A stretch of DNA of 14,929 nt from Chthonomonadales bacterium. GTDB lineage: Bacteria > Armatimonadota > Chthonomonadetes > Chthonomonadales > Chthonomonadaceae. This document shows, piece after piece, positions 6,485-13,964 of this stretch (position 1 is the first letter of the stretch; each line of letters opens with the position of its first letter). The DNA lies in NCBI GenBank assembly GCA_038217285.1, contig JBBQPO010000152.1, forward strand, positions 1-14,929. Direction: 5' to 3'. Under the pieces are notes generated by a model. The model was not told the DNA's origin, did not search any database, and worked only from the letters and a program-made list of their open reading frames with translations. The position numbers and the translations under genes are program-made.

Positions 6485-8038
6485 TTACTCGTTCACCTTT
6501 CCAAGCTCTCCATCCAGCCAGTTCCACCAGGCCACCAGGTCGGCGTCACGAATCTGGAATAGAGTTTGCAGAAACTTGTCGGCGGGGCATGTCGGCATGT
6601 CGGCCCGCAGCACCGTGTCCATCAGTTGTTGCGCTTCCACGTAGTAGCGATCCTTGATGTAGGCCAGAAGCAGATTGCTGGCGCGCATGGGAGCAGGCTT
6701 CTCCATGGACAGGCGGGCATAGAAGGTGGCCCGCTCGATATTGCGCTCTTTATTGCGACCGGCGTCGAACCAGGTCAGGTAGATGTCGGACGCGTTGGTC
6801 GCGGCGATATAACGATGGTCTCCGGCACGCGGGTTCTCGACGATCGTCAGATAGACTTTCAGAGCGTCCCGCAGGTTCCCGGTGCGACTGAGCATCACGC
6901 CGACTTCATTGTATGCGGCGAAGAACTGCGGATCGGTCTCGTAAGCAGTGCGATAGAGCCGCAGGGCCTCTTCTATTTTACCCGAACGCCGCACGGAAAC
7001 GGCCTGCAGGTAGAGCGTCTGCGCCTCCGCAATCTCCGACTGCGGGCTGCTGTCCAGCGTATAGGTGTCCATCACGCGCATCGCCTGCCGCATTTCGGGC
7101 GAGGGCGGGGCGGTATTGGCGCCGGTACTGACCTCGTTGATGACGGCCTCTTCCAGATTGTCGTCCGGGTTCGCAGGATTCGCGGCCCGCTCGGCCCAGG
7201 GCGAGTTCATAAGCCGCCGGAACAGGTCGTTCTGGCGTTCAGCGCTCCAGTTGGGCGAGGGCGTCGACTTCTGGCGCACGCGGCTGCTCCTCTGCTGCGC
7301 CAACAGGCGCACGAAGGGATTGTCGGCCCCACACTCACGCCGCAGGATCTCGGTGAGAGCGGCGCGGGCACGGCAGATGGTCTGGCGCTCATTGGCGCTT
7401 TCCGGGGAGACCTTGTTGCCTGACTCCCGTTCACGCTCACGGGCCATATCCCGCTGCAGCGCCGAGAGATAGTTCTTCGGAATCGACTGCAGTCCCTGCG
7501 CCAGCGCAACGCGGAAGCAGTGGCGCTCATCGCGATCGATGAGAGCCTCTTCGGGCTGATCGCCTGTCTCCTCCGTGGCGAACGTGTCGCCCAGGGTCAG
7601 CGTACTGCCCCCATCGCCACCGGCCAGCGGCTGGTCCATGGAGACGGTCGGCACATCGCGCCGTACCACACGCTCGGTATCGCTTATAACGGAACGGATG
7701 CAGCGGGCCAGATAGGCCGTCGCGTCCGGAAAAATCGTATCCAGTGCGTCCGAGAAGCTGCCGCTCTGCAGCAGAGCATCGCTCTCGAATTTGCGTACAG
7801 CGACCCGCGCCATTTTGCGACAGGCCTCTTCCAGTGCGACGTAGCCATCGTTCGCACTGAGTCGCGGCGGCAGCACACGCCCATCTTCCAGGGTACGCGG
7901 CTGCGATAGATTCGAAACGGCTCGTGCGCCAAAGCGACGAAGGATCGTCTCGGCGGCCTGCACAGGATCGCAGACAACAGGACGGACGCCTTCCGGGGCA
8001 GTGTATCGGGCGAGTCGGGCTGTGTTTTGCGTTAACAC
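6485..8038 (-). CDS. Sigma70-like N-terminal domain fused to a C-terminal TPR domain (517 aa)
   Basis: GTG8038 with SD GGAGGAGG 6 nt upstream. Sigma-like segments AVRKF...AYLARCIRSVISD (region 2), VSMDQPLAGGDGGSTLTLGD (region 3.2-like), LQSIPKNY and CRARAALTEIL (region 4-like). TPRs AQTLYLQAVSVRRSGKIEEALRLYRTAYETDPQF and FAAYNEVGVMLSRTGNLRDALKVY. The CDS and TPR calls are firm; the sigma call is by eye. Confidence 0.75.
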   Translation of the reverse strand: MLTQNTARLARYTAPEGVRPVVCDPVQAAETILRRFGARAVSNLSQPRTLEDGRVLPPRLSANDGYVALEEACRKMARVAVRKFESDALLQSGSFSDALDTIFPDATAYLARCIRSVISDTERVVRRDVPTVSMDQPLAGGDGGSTLTLGDTFATEETGDQPEEALIDRDERHCFRVALAQGLQSIPKNYLSALQRDMARERERESGNKVSPESANERQTICRARAALTEILRRECGADNPFVRLLAQQRSSRVRQKSTPSPNWSAERQNDLFRRLMNSPWAERAANPANPDDNLEEAVINEVSTGANTAPPSPEMRQAMRVMDTYTLDSSPQSEIAEAQTLYLQAVSVRRSGKIEEALRLYRTAYETDPQFFAAYNEVGVMLSRTGNLRDALKVYLTIVENPRAGDHRYIAATNASDIYLTWFDAGRNKERNIERATFYARLSMEKPAPMRASNLLLAYIKDRYYVEAQQLMDTVLRADMPTCPADKFLQTLFQIRDADLVAWWNWLDGELGKVNE

Positions 8039-8187
8039 TCTCAGCCTCCTCCAAAAGGGATTCGGAACGCACAATCTTCGGATACGTTCCGACTACGAGA
8101 ACCCGCCGATTTCGTGACACCTGCCGCAGAAATATTTTTTCTGAGGTAGATTTCGGCATATCTCCCGTTATTCCTTCTTATACTTAA

Positions 8188-8215
8188 TAGACGCCGGGAA
8201 ACGCAGAAAGTTCAT
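8188..8215 (-). promoter_or_regulatory. ECF-type promoter ATGAACTT...CGTCTA for the sigma-TPR/propeptide operon
   Basis: Minus strand reads ATGAAC-tttctgcgtttcccgg(16)-CGTCTA, which also fits GAACTT-N16-TCTA; about 150 nt upstream of GTG8038. Confidence 0.7.
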
Positions 8216-8381
8216 ATTCTTACTGGCGTCGCGACGAACTCATTTTTGGAACTGCCGTCTTGGCGCGATCCATTCGTCGCCCATTCGTTGGCGTTGGGAA
8301 GCGCGTTTTTCTTGGGGCCGTCGTTTCGGGCAGGACGTTGACCCGAACGCGCCGAAATGGAGGGCAGGAGAGAATGGCGCT

Positions 8382-9644
8382 ATGTTTATCGGTATCGTGG
8401 CAGACGATCTCACCGGGGCCGCAGACTCCGTCGCGCCGTTCGCGCAACGGGGCTATACGGCAGGCGTAGTGCTGGGAGTGGATTCCTGGACGAAAGAATT
8501 GGAGCGAAAGTGGGACGCACTGGCCTTCAATACCGAGTTGCGTGATCACGAGGATGTGAAGCCGGCGGCTATCAAGGTCCGCATCCGGCGGGCTGTTCGT
8601 CGTCTCATCGCGCGCGCACCAGAGGTCTATTTCAAGAAAATAGACAGTACATTACGCGGCCATCTGCGTCCGGAACTCGACGTCATGATGCATGAACTGC
8701 CGGGGCGGATCGCGCTGATCTGCCCCGCCTCACCCAGCCATAGACGGACGGTCGAGAACGGCGTTCTCAGCGTAAACGGCATGCCGCTTGCCCAGACCGA
8801 ATTTGCCCTGGGATCCGCGCAACCGGAAAGGTTCGCCACGGTTCGGTCCGCCTTCGACATGGCGAATGAACCGACCGCAGTAGAGATGGGCCTGACGATT
8901 CTGCACGAGGGGGTTGCAGCCGTCGAGGCAGCACTGGATCGCCACACGGCAAACGGTATCTGTACCGTCTTCTGTGATGCTATGACGCCGGAAGATTTGC
9001 ATACGCTGGCAGAAGTCACGCTGCGCCGCCCCGACCGCTATCTGCCGGTCGGCTCCGCAGGTTTTACCAGAGCCATCGCAGAGCAGCTCGATCCACCTAT
9101 CTCCGTCGACTTGCCGGCCTGGGATGAACAAAGATTTTGGCAAAGCCGGATTCTTGTCGTTGTCGGAAGCCTGCACCCGATGAGCCGCTTGCAGGCTCGC
9201 CGTCTCCTTCATGAAGCAGGCGTCAAACCCATTGTTTTGGGACACGGAGATACCTGGGACACTCCTTCCGCAATACAGGCCGTCCTTGATCGCTTCGAAG
9301 CGGAGGAAAAGCTCTACGTGCTGATGACTCCGGAGGAAAGGAACATGGCGGAAAAGAGCGATCTTGTCAAAGCGCTCAGCATGATGATTTCCATACGAGA
9401 AGATCGTAGCGCCTCTGGTATCAAGCGGCGGAGCCTGCCTCCGCAAATCGAGGGCTACGTCATTGCGGGCGGACATACGGCCCAAGCGGTCTGTAGTTCG
9501 CTTGGAGGCAGGGAACTGCAGATACTGGGGGAGAGTGAGCCCGGCATTGTCCGTGCCATACTGGATAATGCGCTTCCGATCATCCTGAAAGCGGGCGGTT
9601 TCGGCGACGAAATGACCCTGGCGCGCTGCGTCGGACTGGAGTAG
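8382..9644 (+). CDS. Four-carbon acid sugar kinase (DUF1537 / DtnK-OtnK family)
   Basis: IVADDLTGAADS, YFKKIDSTLRGHL, PASPSHRRTVENG, VGSAG, VVVGS, GGHTA and LKAGGFG motifs; adjacent to pdxA. Confidence 0.9.
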   Translation: MFIGIVADDLTGAADSVAPFAQRGYTAGVVLGVDSWTKELERKWDALAFNTELRDHEDVKPAAIKVRIRRAVRRLIARAPEVYFKKIDSTLRGHLRPELDVMMHELPGRIALICPASPSHRRTVENGVLSVNGMPLAQTEFALGSAQPERFATVRSAFDMANEPTAVEMGLTILHEGVAAVEAALDRHTANGICTVFCDAMTPEDLHTLAEVTLRRPDRYLPVGSAGFTRAIAEQLDPPISVDLPAWDEQRFWQSRILVVVGSLHPMSRLQARRLLHEAGVKPIVLGHGDTWDTPSAIQAVLDRFEAEEKLYVLMTPEERNMAEKSDLVKALSMMISIREDRSASGIKRRSLPPQIEGYVIAGGHTAQAVCSSLGGRELQILGESEPGIVRAILDNALPIILKAGGFGDEMTLARCVGLE

Positions 9645-9710
9645 GGGAAAGGAACCGGCGCTATTCCAGACATCTGCCCCGGTGCCGCCGCGTGAGCGGG
9701 TGATCTAAAG

Positions 9711-10200
9711 TCCCCGGCCCCTTCCTTAAGACCGCCGCCCCTAAAGGAGCGGCCTGAGGGGAACGTTAAGGCCCATAAATGGGCCTGTGATGGTTGAAAG
9801 GGAGAGCAAATCTCTCCACCAGGGATGGCTGACACCCTGTTTCCTTGCGCAATCGCCCCTGCTTAGGCAACGCGCAATAATTGCCGCTAAGTAGCCGTCC
9901 GGTCAATGCTCGTAGAAATTTCGCGCGCGTTGATCTCGCTGGCCTCGGAGAAATTACGAACCTTCAGCGGATGGCCGCTTAGATTTCAAACGCAGGTTTG
10001 ATCTCATCCGAGGCGAAAACTTCAGGCGATTACTGTTGCGCGTTGCCTTACGTCAGGCCCAGCCCCCTTTAGGGGGCTTACCGCCTCAGACCGCTCCTTG
10101 AGGGGTGGGGAGTAAAGTGTGAGGAGGTCGTTCTTTGCCACGACATCCCCTTCCCTATGGGACAAGAGAATCCGACACGGGAAGAAGGCCAGGGGTGAGG
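9711..10200. repeat. REP/REPIN-like element, copy 2 (interrupted by a MITE)
   Basis: 9724-9865 aligns with 4157-4299 and 10051-~10160 with 4300-~4400, with the same four hairpins. GGGACAAGAGAATCCGACACGGGAAG (10159-10184) matches the reverse complement of 4133-4158 at 24/26. Confidence 0.88.
9866..10047. mobile_element. 182-bp non-autonomous MITE with TTA target-site duplication
   Basis: TIR GGCAACGCGCAA (9866-9877) / TTGCGCGTTGCC (10036-10047), extending to 14/16. TTA on both sides (9863-9865, 10048-10050). Absent from repeat copy 1, which has a single TCA at 4297-4299. Confidence 0.85.
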
Positions 10201-10283
10201 TAACTCGGCAAAGCGATCCAAAAGCAGAAAGCCAGGACACCGGCCAATTCTCTACGAGGAGAGGCAACAGAAGAAGGGGAGCA

Positions 10284-11324
10284 ATGCAAGGTATCAAACT
10301 GCCGCGACTGGCGATCACGATGGGCGACCCGGCGGGTATCGGGCCGGAGATCGTGCTGAAAGCGTTGGCTCACCCTGCCGTGTACGACCTCTGTATTCCG
10401 ACGGTGTACGGAGACCTGGAGTGGATGCAACGCACCGCCGGTGCGCTTCGTCAAGAACAGCGTGTCGTCGCTGTCGAGACTGGCAGCATCGCCGACATTG
10501 CGACCGTTCTGGTGCGGCAGGCGACGCAGGCCGATCTTTCGGACGTGCGTGTGGGCCATCTGGCGGCAGCAGCAGGGCGGGCGGCAGCGGAGTCGGTTCT
10601 GGCGGCGGCGAAGGCGGCCCTGGCAGGCGAGACCGATGCGCTTGTCACTGCGCCGCTGAATAAGGAGGCTATCGCGCTGGGCGGCTACCCGTATCCTGGT
10701 CATACCGAGCTGTTGGCGGAGGCCACGCAGACGCCGCGTTATGGAATGCTGCTTCTGGCAGGGCCGCTCCGCGTGGTGCATGTCAGTACGCATGTCTCCC
10801 TGCGGGAGGCGATCACGCGGGTGCAGACCGCGCGCATTCTGGAGTGCATTCGGCTGGGCGACCGGGCCTGCCGCGACCTGGGAATCGCCGCCCCGCGTAT
10901 CGCCGTCGCGGGGCTGAATCCCCATGCGGGTGAGAACGGGCTTTTTGGGACCGAGGAGGTGGAACAGATCGCCCCCGCCATCGCGCAGGCGCGGCTGGAG
11001 GGCCTCGATGCCACCGGGCCGCATCCGCCGGACACCGTGTTTCAGCGCGCCGCCGCCGGAGCCTTCGATCTTGTGGTCGCCATGTACCATGACCAGGGGC
11101 ATATCCCGGTCAAACTGCATGGCTTCGATACCGGCGTCAATGTCACCATCGGACTGCCGATCCGGCGCGTCTCCGTGGATCATGGCACGGCCTTCGACAT
11201 CGCCGGGCAGGGCGTCGCCCGCGAACAGAGTCTGCTGGAGGCGATCCGCGTCGCCGCGCAGTTGGTGAGGGCGTCCCAGACGCCGATATCGCGCTTACTA
11301 TCTCATGAAGGAGTTGCTCCATGA
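10284..11324 (+). CDS. pdxA: PdxA family dehydrogenase, probably PdxA2 (D-threonate/D-erythronate 4-phosphate dehydrogenase)
   Basis: ITMGDPAGIGPEI, TAPLNKE, YPGHTELLA, GLNPHAGE, PPDT, AMYHDQGHIPVK and SVDHGTAFDIAG. SD GGGGAG before ATG10284. The PdxA2 call rests on the DUF1537 neighbour. Confidence 0.93.
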   Translation: MQGIKLPRLAITMGDPAGIGPEIVLKALAHPAVYDLCIPTVYGDLEWMQRTAGALRQEQRVVAVETGSIADIATVLVRQATQADLSDVRVGHLAAAAGRAAAESVLAAAKAALAGETDALVTAPLNKEAIALGGYPYPGHTELLAEATQTPRYGMLLLAGPLRVVHVSTHVSLREAITRVQTARILECIRLGDRACRDLGIAAPRIAVAGLNPHAGENGLFGTEEVEQIAPAIAQARLEGLDATGPHPPDTVFQRAAAGAFDLVVAMYHDQGHIPVKLHGFDTGVNVTIGLPIRRVSVDHGTAFDIAGQGVAREQSLLEAIRVAAQLVRASQTPISRLLSHEGVAP

Positions 11325-12655
11325 ACCTGCAACTGAATATACCCCTCGACATCTTTACCTATCCCGACGTGCCGCTGCCGGAGGTCTGGACGGTGGAACA
11401 GAAGTTTGACACGCCCGCTCTCACGCCGACGCAGATCGAGACACAGGTGCGGTTGGCCGTGGAGACGCTGGCGCGGGATGCACGCCTCAAGCCGGGTGCG
11501 CGAGTGGCGGTCGGATCGGGCAGTCGAGGCATCGACAACATCGTGCAGGTCATTCGCACGGTGATCGCGGAACTGCGCGCGCGCGGCATGGAGCCGTTCC
11601 TGATCCCCGCGATGGGCAGCCACGGCGGGGCCACGGCGGAGGGACAGAGATCGCTGCTGCTCGACTACGGCCTGACGCCCGAAGCGGTCGGAGCGGAGAT
11701 TCAGGCGACCATGGAAGTGGATGCGATGGGAACGCTGGAGGGCGAAGAGGCCGGGCCGTTCGGCGGGCATACCGTCTTCTTCGACCGCATTGCTCATGCC
11801 GCCGACGCCGTGCTTGTCGTCAACCGTATCAAGGCGCATACCGATTTCTCCGGGCCGCTGGAGAGCGGTATCGGCAAGATGTGCGCCATCGGCCTGGGCA
11901 AACGGCAGGGTGCGGAGGGGATCCACCGCCACGGCGCTTTCGGTCTGCGCGAGCTGATGCCCCGCGTGGCCCGCTACCTGGCCGCACATGCCAATATTGT
12001 CGGCGGTATCGCGCTGATCGAGAATGAGTTGGGCCACACCGCCGAGATTCATGCCCTTCCGGCCGCCGAGATCGGGCGTGAGCGGGAACAGGCGTTGCTG
12101 CAGCGTGCGCGCGCTATCGCACCGCATCTGCCGTTCGCGGAGCTCGACATCTTGATCATCGACGAGATGGGCAAGAACATCAGCGGGGCCGGAATGGACA
12201 CCCACGTCATCGGACGGGGCACGATGCCCAGTATTCCCGAATCGGAGTGGGGCGGCCCGAATGTGCGCCTCATTGCGGTTCTCGACCTGACGGCCCCGTC
12301 GCACGGCAACGCCACCGCGCTCGGCCTCGCCGATCTCACCACACGCCGCCTCATGGAAAAAGTGAAGTTCGAGGATATGTTCATCAATATGCGGACCAGC
12401 GGCGAGGGCGGCATACTGCGCGCCCGCCTGCCGCTCATTCTGCCCACCGGCGACGACTGTGTGCGCACGGCCTTCGCGACGTGCGGCCGGGCGGAGCCCG
12501 CCGAGGTACGGTTCGCCCGTATCCGCAACACCGCCGATACGCAGTACCTGGAGATCTCGTCGGCGCTGCTCGCCGAAGCGCGCGCGAATCCGGAGCTGCG
12601 TGTGTCGTCCGTCAGCCACCCGCTCGATCTGTGCCAGTCCGTTCGGCCCGTCTGA
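11321..12655 (+). CDS. Lactate racemase (LarA)-domain protein (DUF2088-like)
   Basis: GSRGIDN, PAMGSHGGAT, NRIKAHTDF, ESGIGKMCAIGLGK, GKNISGAGMD and HGNATALG motifs. ATGA overlap with the pdxA stop. Confidence 0.82.
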   Translation: MNLQLNIPLDIFTYPDVPLPEVWTVEQKFDTPALTPTQIETQVRLAVETLARDARLKPGARVAVGSGSRGIDNIVQVIRTVIAELRARGMEPFLIPAMGSHGGATAEGQRSLLLDYGLTPEAVGAEIQATMEVDAMGTLEGEEAGPFGGHTVFFDRIAHAADAVLVVNRIKAHTDFSGPLESGIGKMCAIGLGKRQGAEGIHRHGAFGLRELMPRVARYLAAHANIVGGIALIENELGHTAEIHALPAAEIGREREQALLQRARAIAPHLPFAELDILIIDEMGKNISGAGMDTHVIGRGTMPSIPESEWGGPNVRLIAVLDLTAPSHGNATALGLADLTTRRLMEKVKFEDMFINMRTSGEGGILRARLPLILPTGDDCVRTAFATCGRAEPAEVRFARIRNTADTQYLEISSALLAEARANPELRVSSVSHPLDLCQSVRPV

Positions 12656-12675
12656 GGCGTTTCGGAGGCTTGCCC

Positions 12676-13866
12676 ATGCCGCTCTACCCACCGGAAGAAC
12701 TGATGCTTCTCACCCTTCGCCGCAAGGTGGCCGCTCGCCTTCGGCGTCTGACGCGTCGTACCGGCATAGAGACTTCGGTACCGGAAGCGAGCGAAGGGCC
12801 GAAGACCACTACCGCCGAGGGCGTTCCACTGGTCCTGCCCTTCGATCCGGAACGTCGCCTGATACCACGCCTGCTGCGCAGACTGCGCCGTGGACGCTTT
12901 CTGCGCCACTTCCCCGGCTCTCTGACCGAATACGCTCTCCTCTCGGAAGACGCGACCTGCTACCTCATCGACAGGCTGTATCAGGTCCGCGTTGATGGGT
13001 GGAAAGAGTGTGTGATGGCCGTCTGGGCGCTTGGCCGCCTTACAGCCGACGATCCTGCCCGAAGGCAGGTGGCAGAACTCTTGACCTGGCTGGTCGGGAG
13101 GCAGAGCGAAAACATGGCTTGCATCGACGGCAAACGACTGGCAAAACGTTGGCGGGCTATTACGCGCAACCTATGCGTGGGAATCCTGCTGTGGGGATTA
13201 GTGGCGTGGTCGTCAAGCGGTAGAGTGGAGGACGTGGCTATCGTAGCAGTCGATTGCCTTCTGCTGTCGCTCCTCCTCACGATCCCCCTCACGATTCTAT
13301 CCTTCATTTGCGGCTATCCCTTAGACGCGGTGCGGATGAGCCGAATACGTTCCATGGCCATTTTGACTCTGGGCCGCTGGCGCGAACCGTGCCACATGGA
13401 TATGCTCTTACGGGAGTACGCCCAGAAATCGGGGAGGGTTCGTGATGCGGCAGAAGTAGCCCTGGCCGAGGTTCTCCCACTCCTCACGACTGAAGAACGT
13501 CTGGAGAGGTCGAGCGATTTCGTGCCGAACCTCTGTCGGGTGTTGCACCGCAAGGAGAGGCAACTCCTCGACTATACGGTCCGCGAAGAGACTCTGGAAG
13601 TCCTGCTCCTAGAAGCGCTCGGTAAAGTCGGAGACGGACGCGCGCTACCCACCGTGGAGCGTATCGCCACCCGTGGTCGGACGCCCCGCCTGCGGGAGTT
13701 GGCCCAGAGCATCCTGCCCGTCCTGTATGCCCGAAGCCGTGAAGCTACCGATCCCAAACAACTCCTGCGCGGCGCCGTCTGTCCGGACACCGCGCCCAAC
13801 ACACTGCTTCGGGCCACGCAGGAGACCTCAACCACCCCTCCCAACCAACTCCTCCGCCCCCGCTAA
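12676..13866 (+). CDS. Hypothetical membrane protein with HEAT-like repeats and C-terminal xLLR repeats
   Basis: SD GGAGG 12664-12668, ATG12676. HEAT-like AVWALGRL, AILTLGRW, VRDAAEVAL and LEALGKVGDGRALPTVERIA. Two hydrophobic helices (LCVGILLWGLVAW; VAIVAVDCLLLSLLLTIPLTILSFI). Tail QLLRG/TLLRA/QLLRP. Confidence 0.75.
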   Translation: MPLYPPEELMLLTLRRKVAARLRRLTRRTGIETSVPEASEGPKTTTAEGVPLVLPFDPERRLIPRLLRRLRRGRFLRHFPGSLTEYALLSEDATCYLIDRLYQVRVDGWKECVMAVWALGRLTADDPARRQVAELLTWLVGRQSENMACIDGKRLAKRWRAITRNLCVGILLWGLVAWSSSGRVEDVAIVAVDCLLLSLLLTIPLTILSFICGYPLDAVRMSRIRSMAILTLGRWREPCHMDMLLREYAQKSGRVRDAAEVALAEVLPLLTTEERLERSSDFVPNLCRVLHRKERQLLDYTVREETLEVLLLEALGKVGDGRALPTVERIATRGRTPRLRELAQSILPVLYARSREATDPKQLLRGAVCPDTAPNTLLRATQETSTTPPNQLLRPR

Positions 13867-13956
13867 CAGGCAGTCAACAATTGATTCGTGGAATGGAATC
13901 GGCTGGTGCGCCTGGCCGACTACGGTTGATACTGGCGGTGGAGGGAAGCGGAAGCG

Positions 13957-13964
13957 GGTATAAT
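13957..13964 (+). promoter_or_regulatory. Putative sigma70 -10 element (GGTATAAT)
   Basis: TATAAT 13959-13964, about 115 nt upstream of ATG14080; weak -35. Confidence 0.45.

Noticed and set aside
8039-8074. ORF-track start at 8074 for the sigma-TPR gene
   Set aside because: A strong SD GGAGGAGG lies inside this extension, 6 nt before GTG8038.
7527-8159. 210-aa overlapping minus ORF starting at ATG8159 in the leader
   Set aside because: Mostly an out-of-frame overlap with the sigma-TPR gene, poor SD spacing and no recognisable features. A regulatory upstream start cannot be fully excluded.
8338-8343. TTGACC as the -35 for the kinase gene
   Set aside because: No matching -10 at 16-18 nt.
10119-10283. 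N-terminal extension of pdxA
   Set aside because: It runs through repeat DNA; SD and homology point to ATG10284.
12247-12675. Extension of the HEAT protein ORF
   Set aside because: It overlaps the LarA-like gene; SD GGAGG supports ATG12676.
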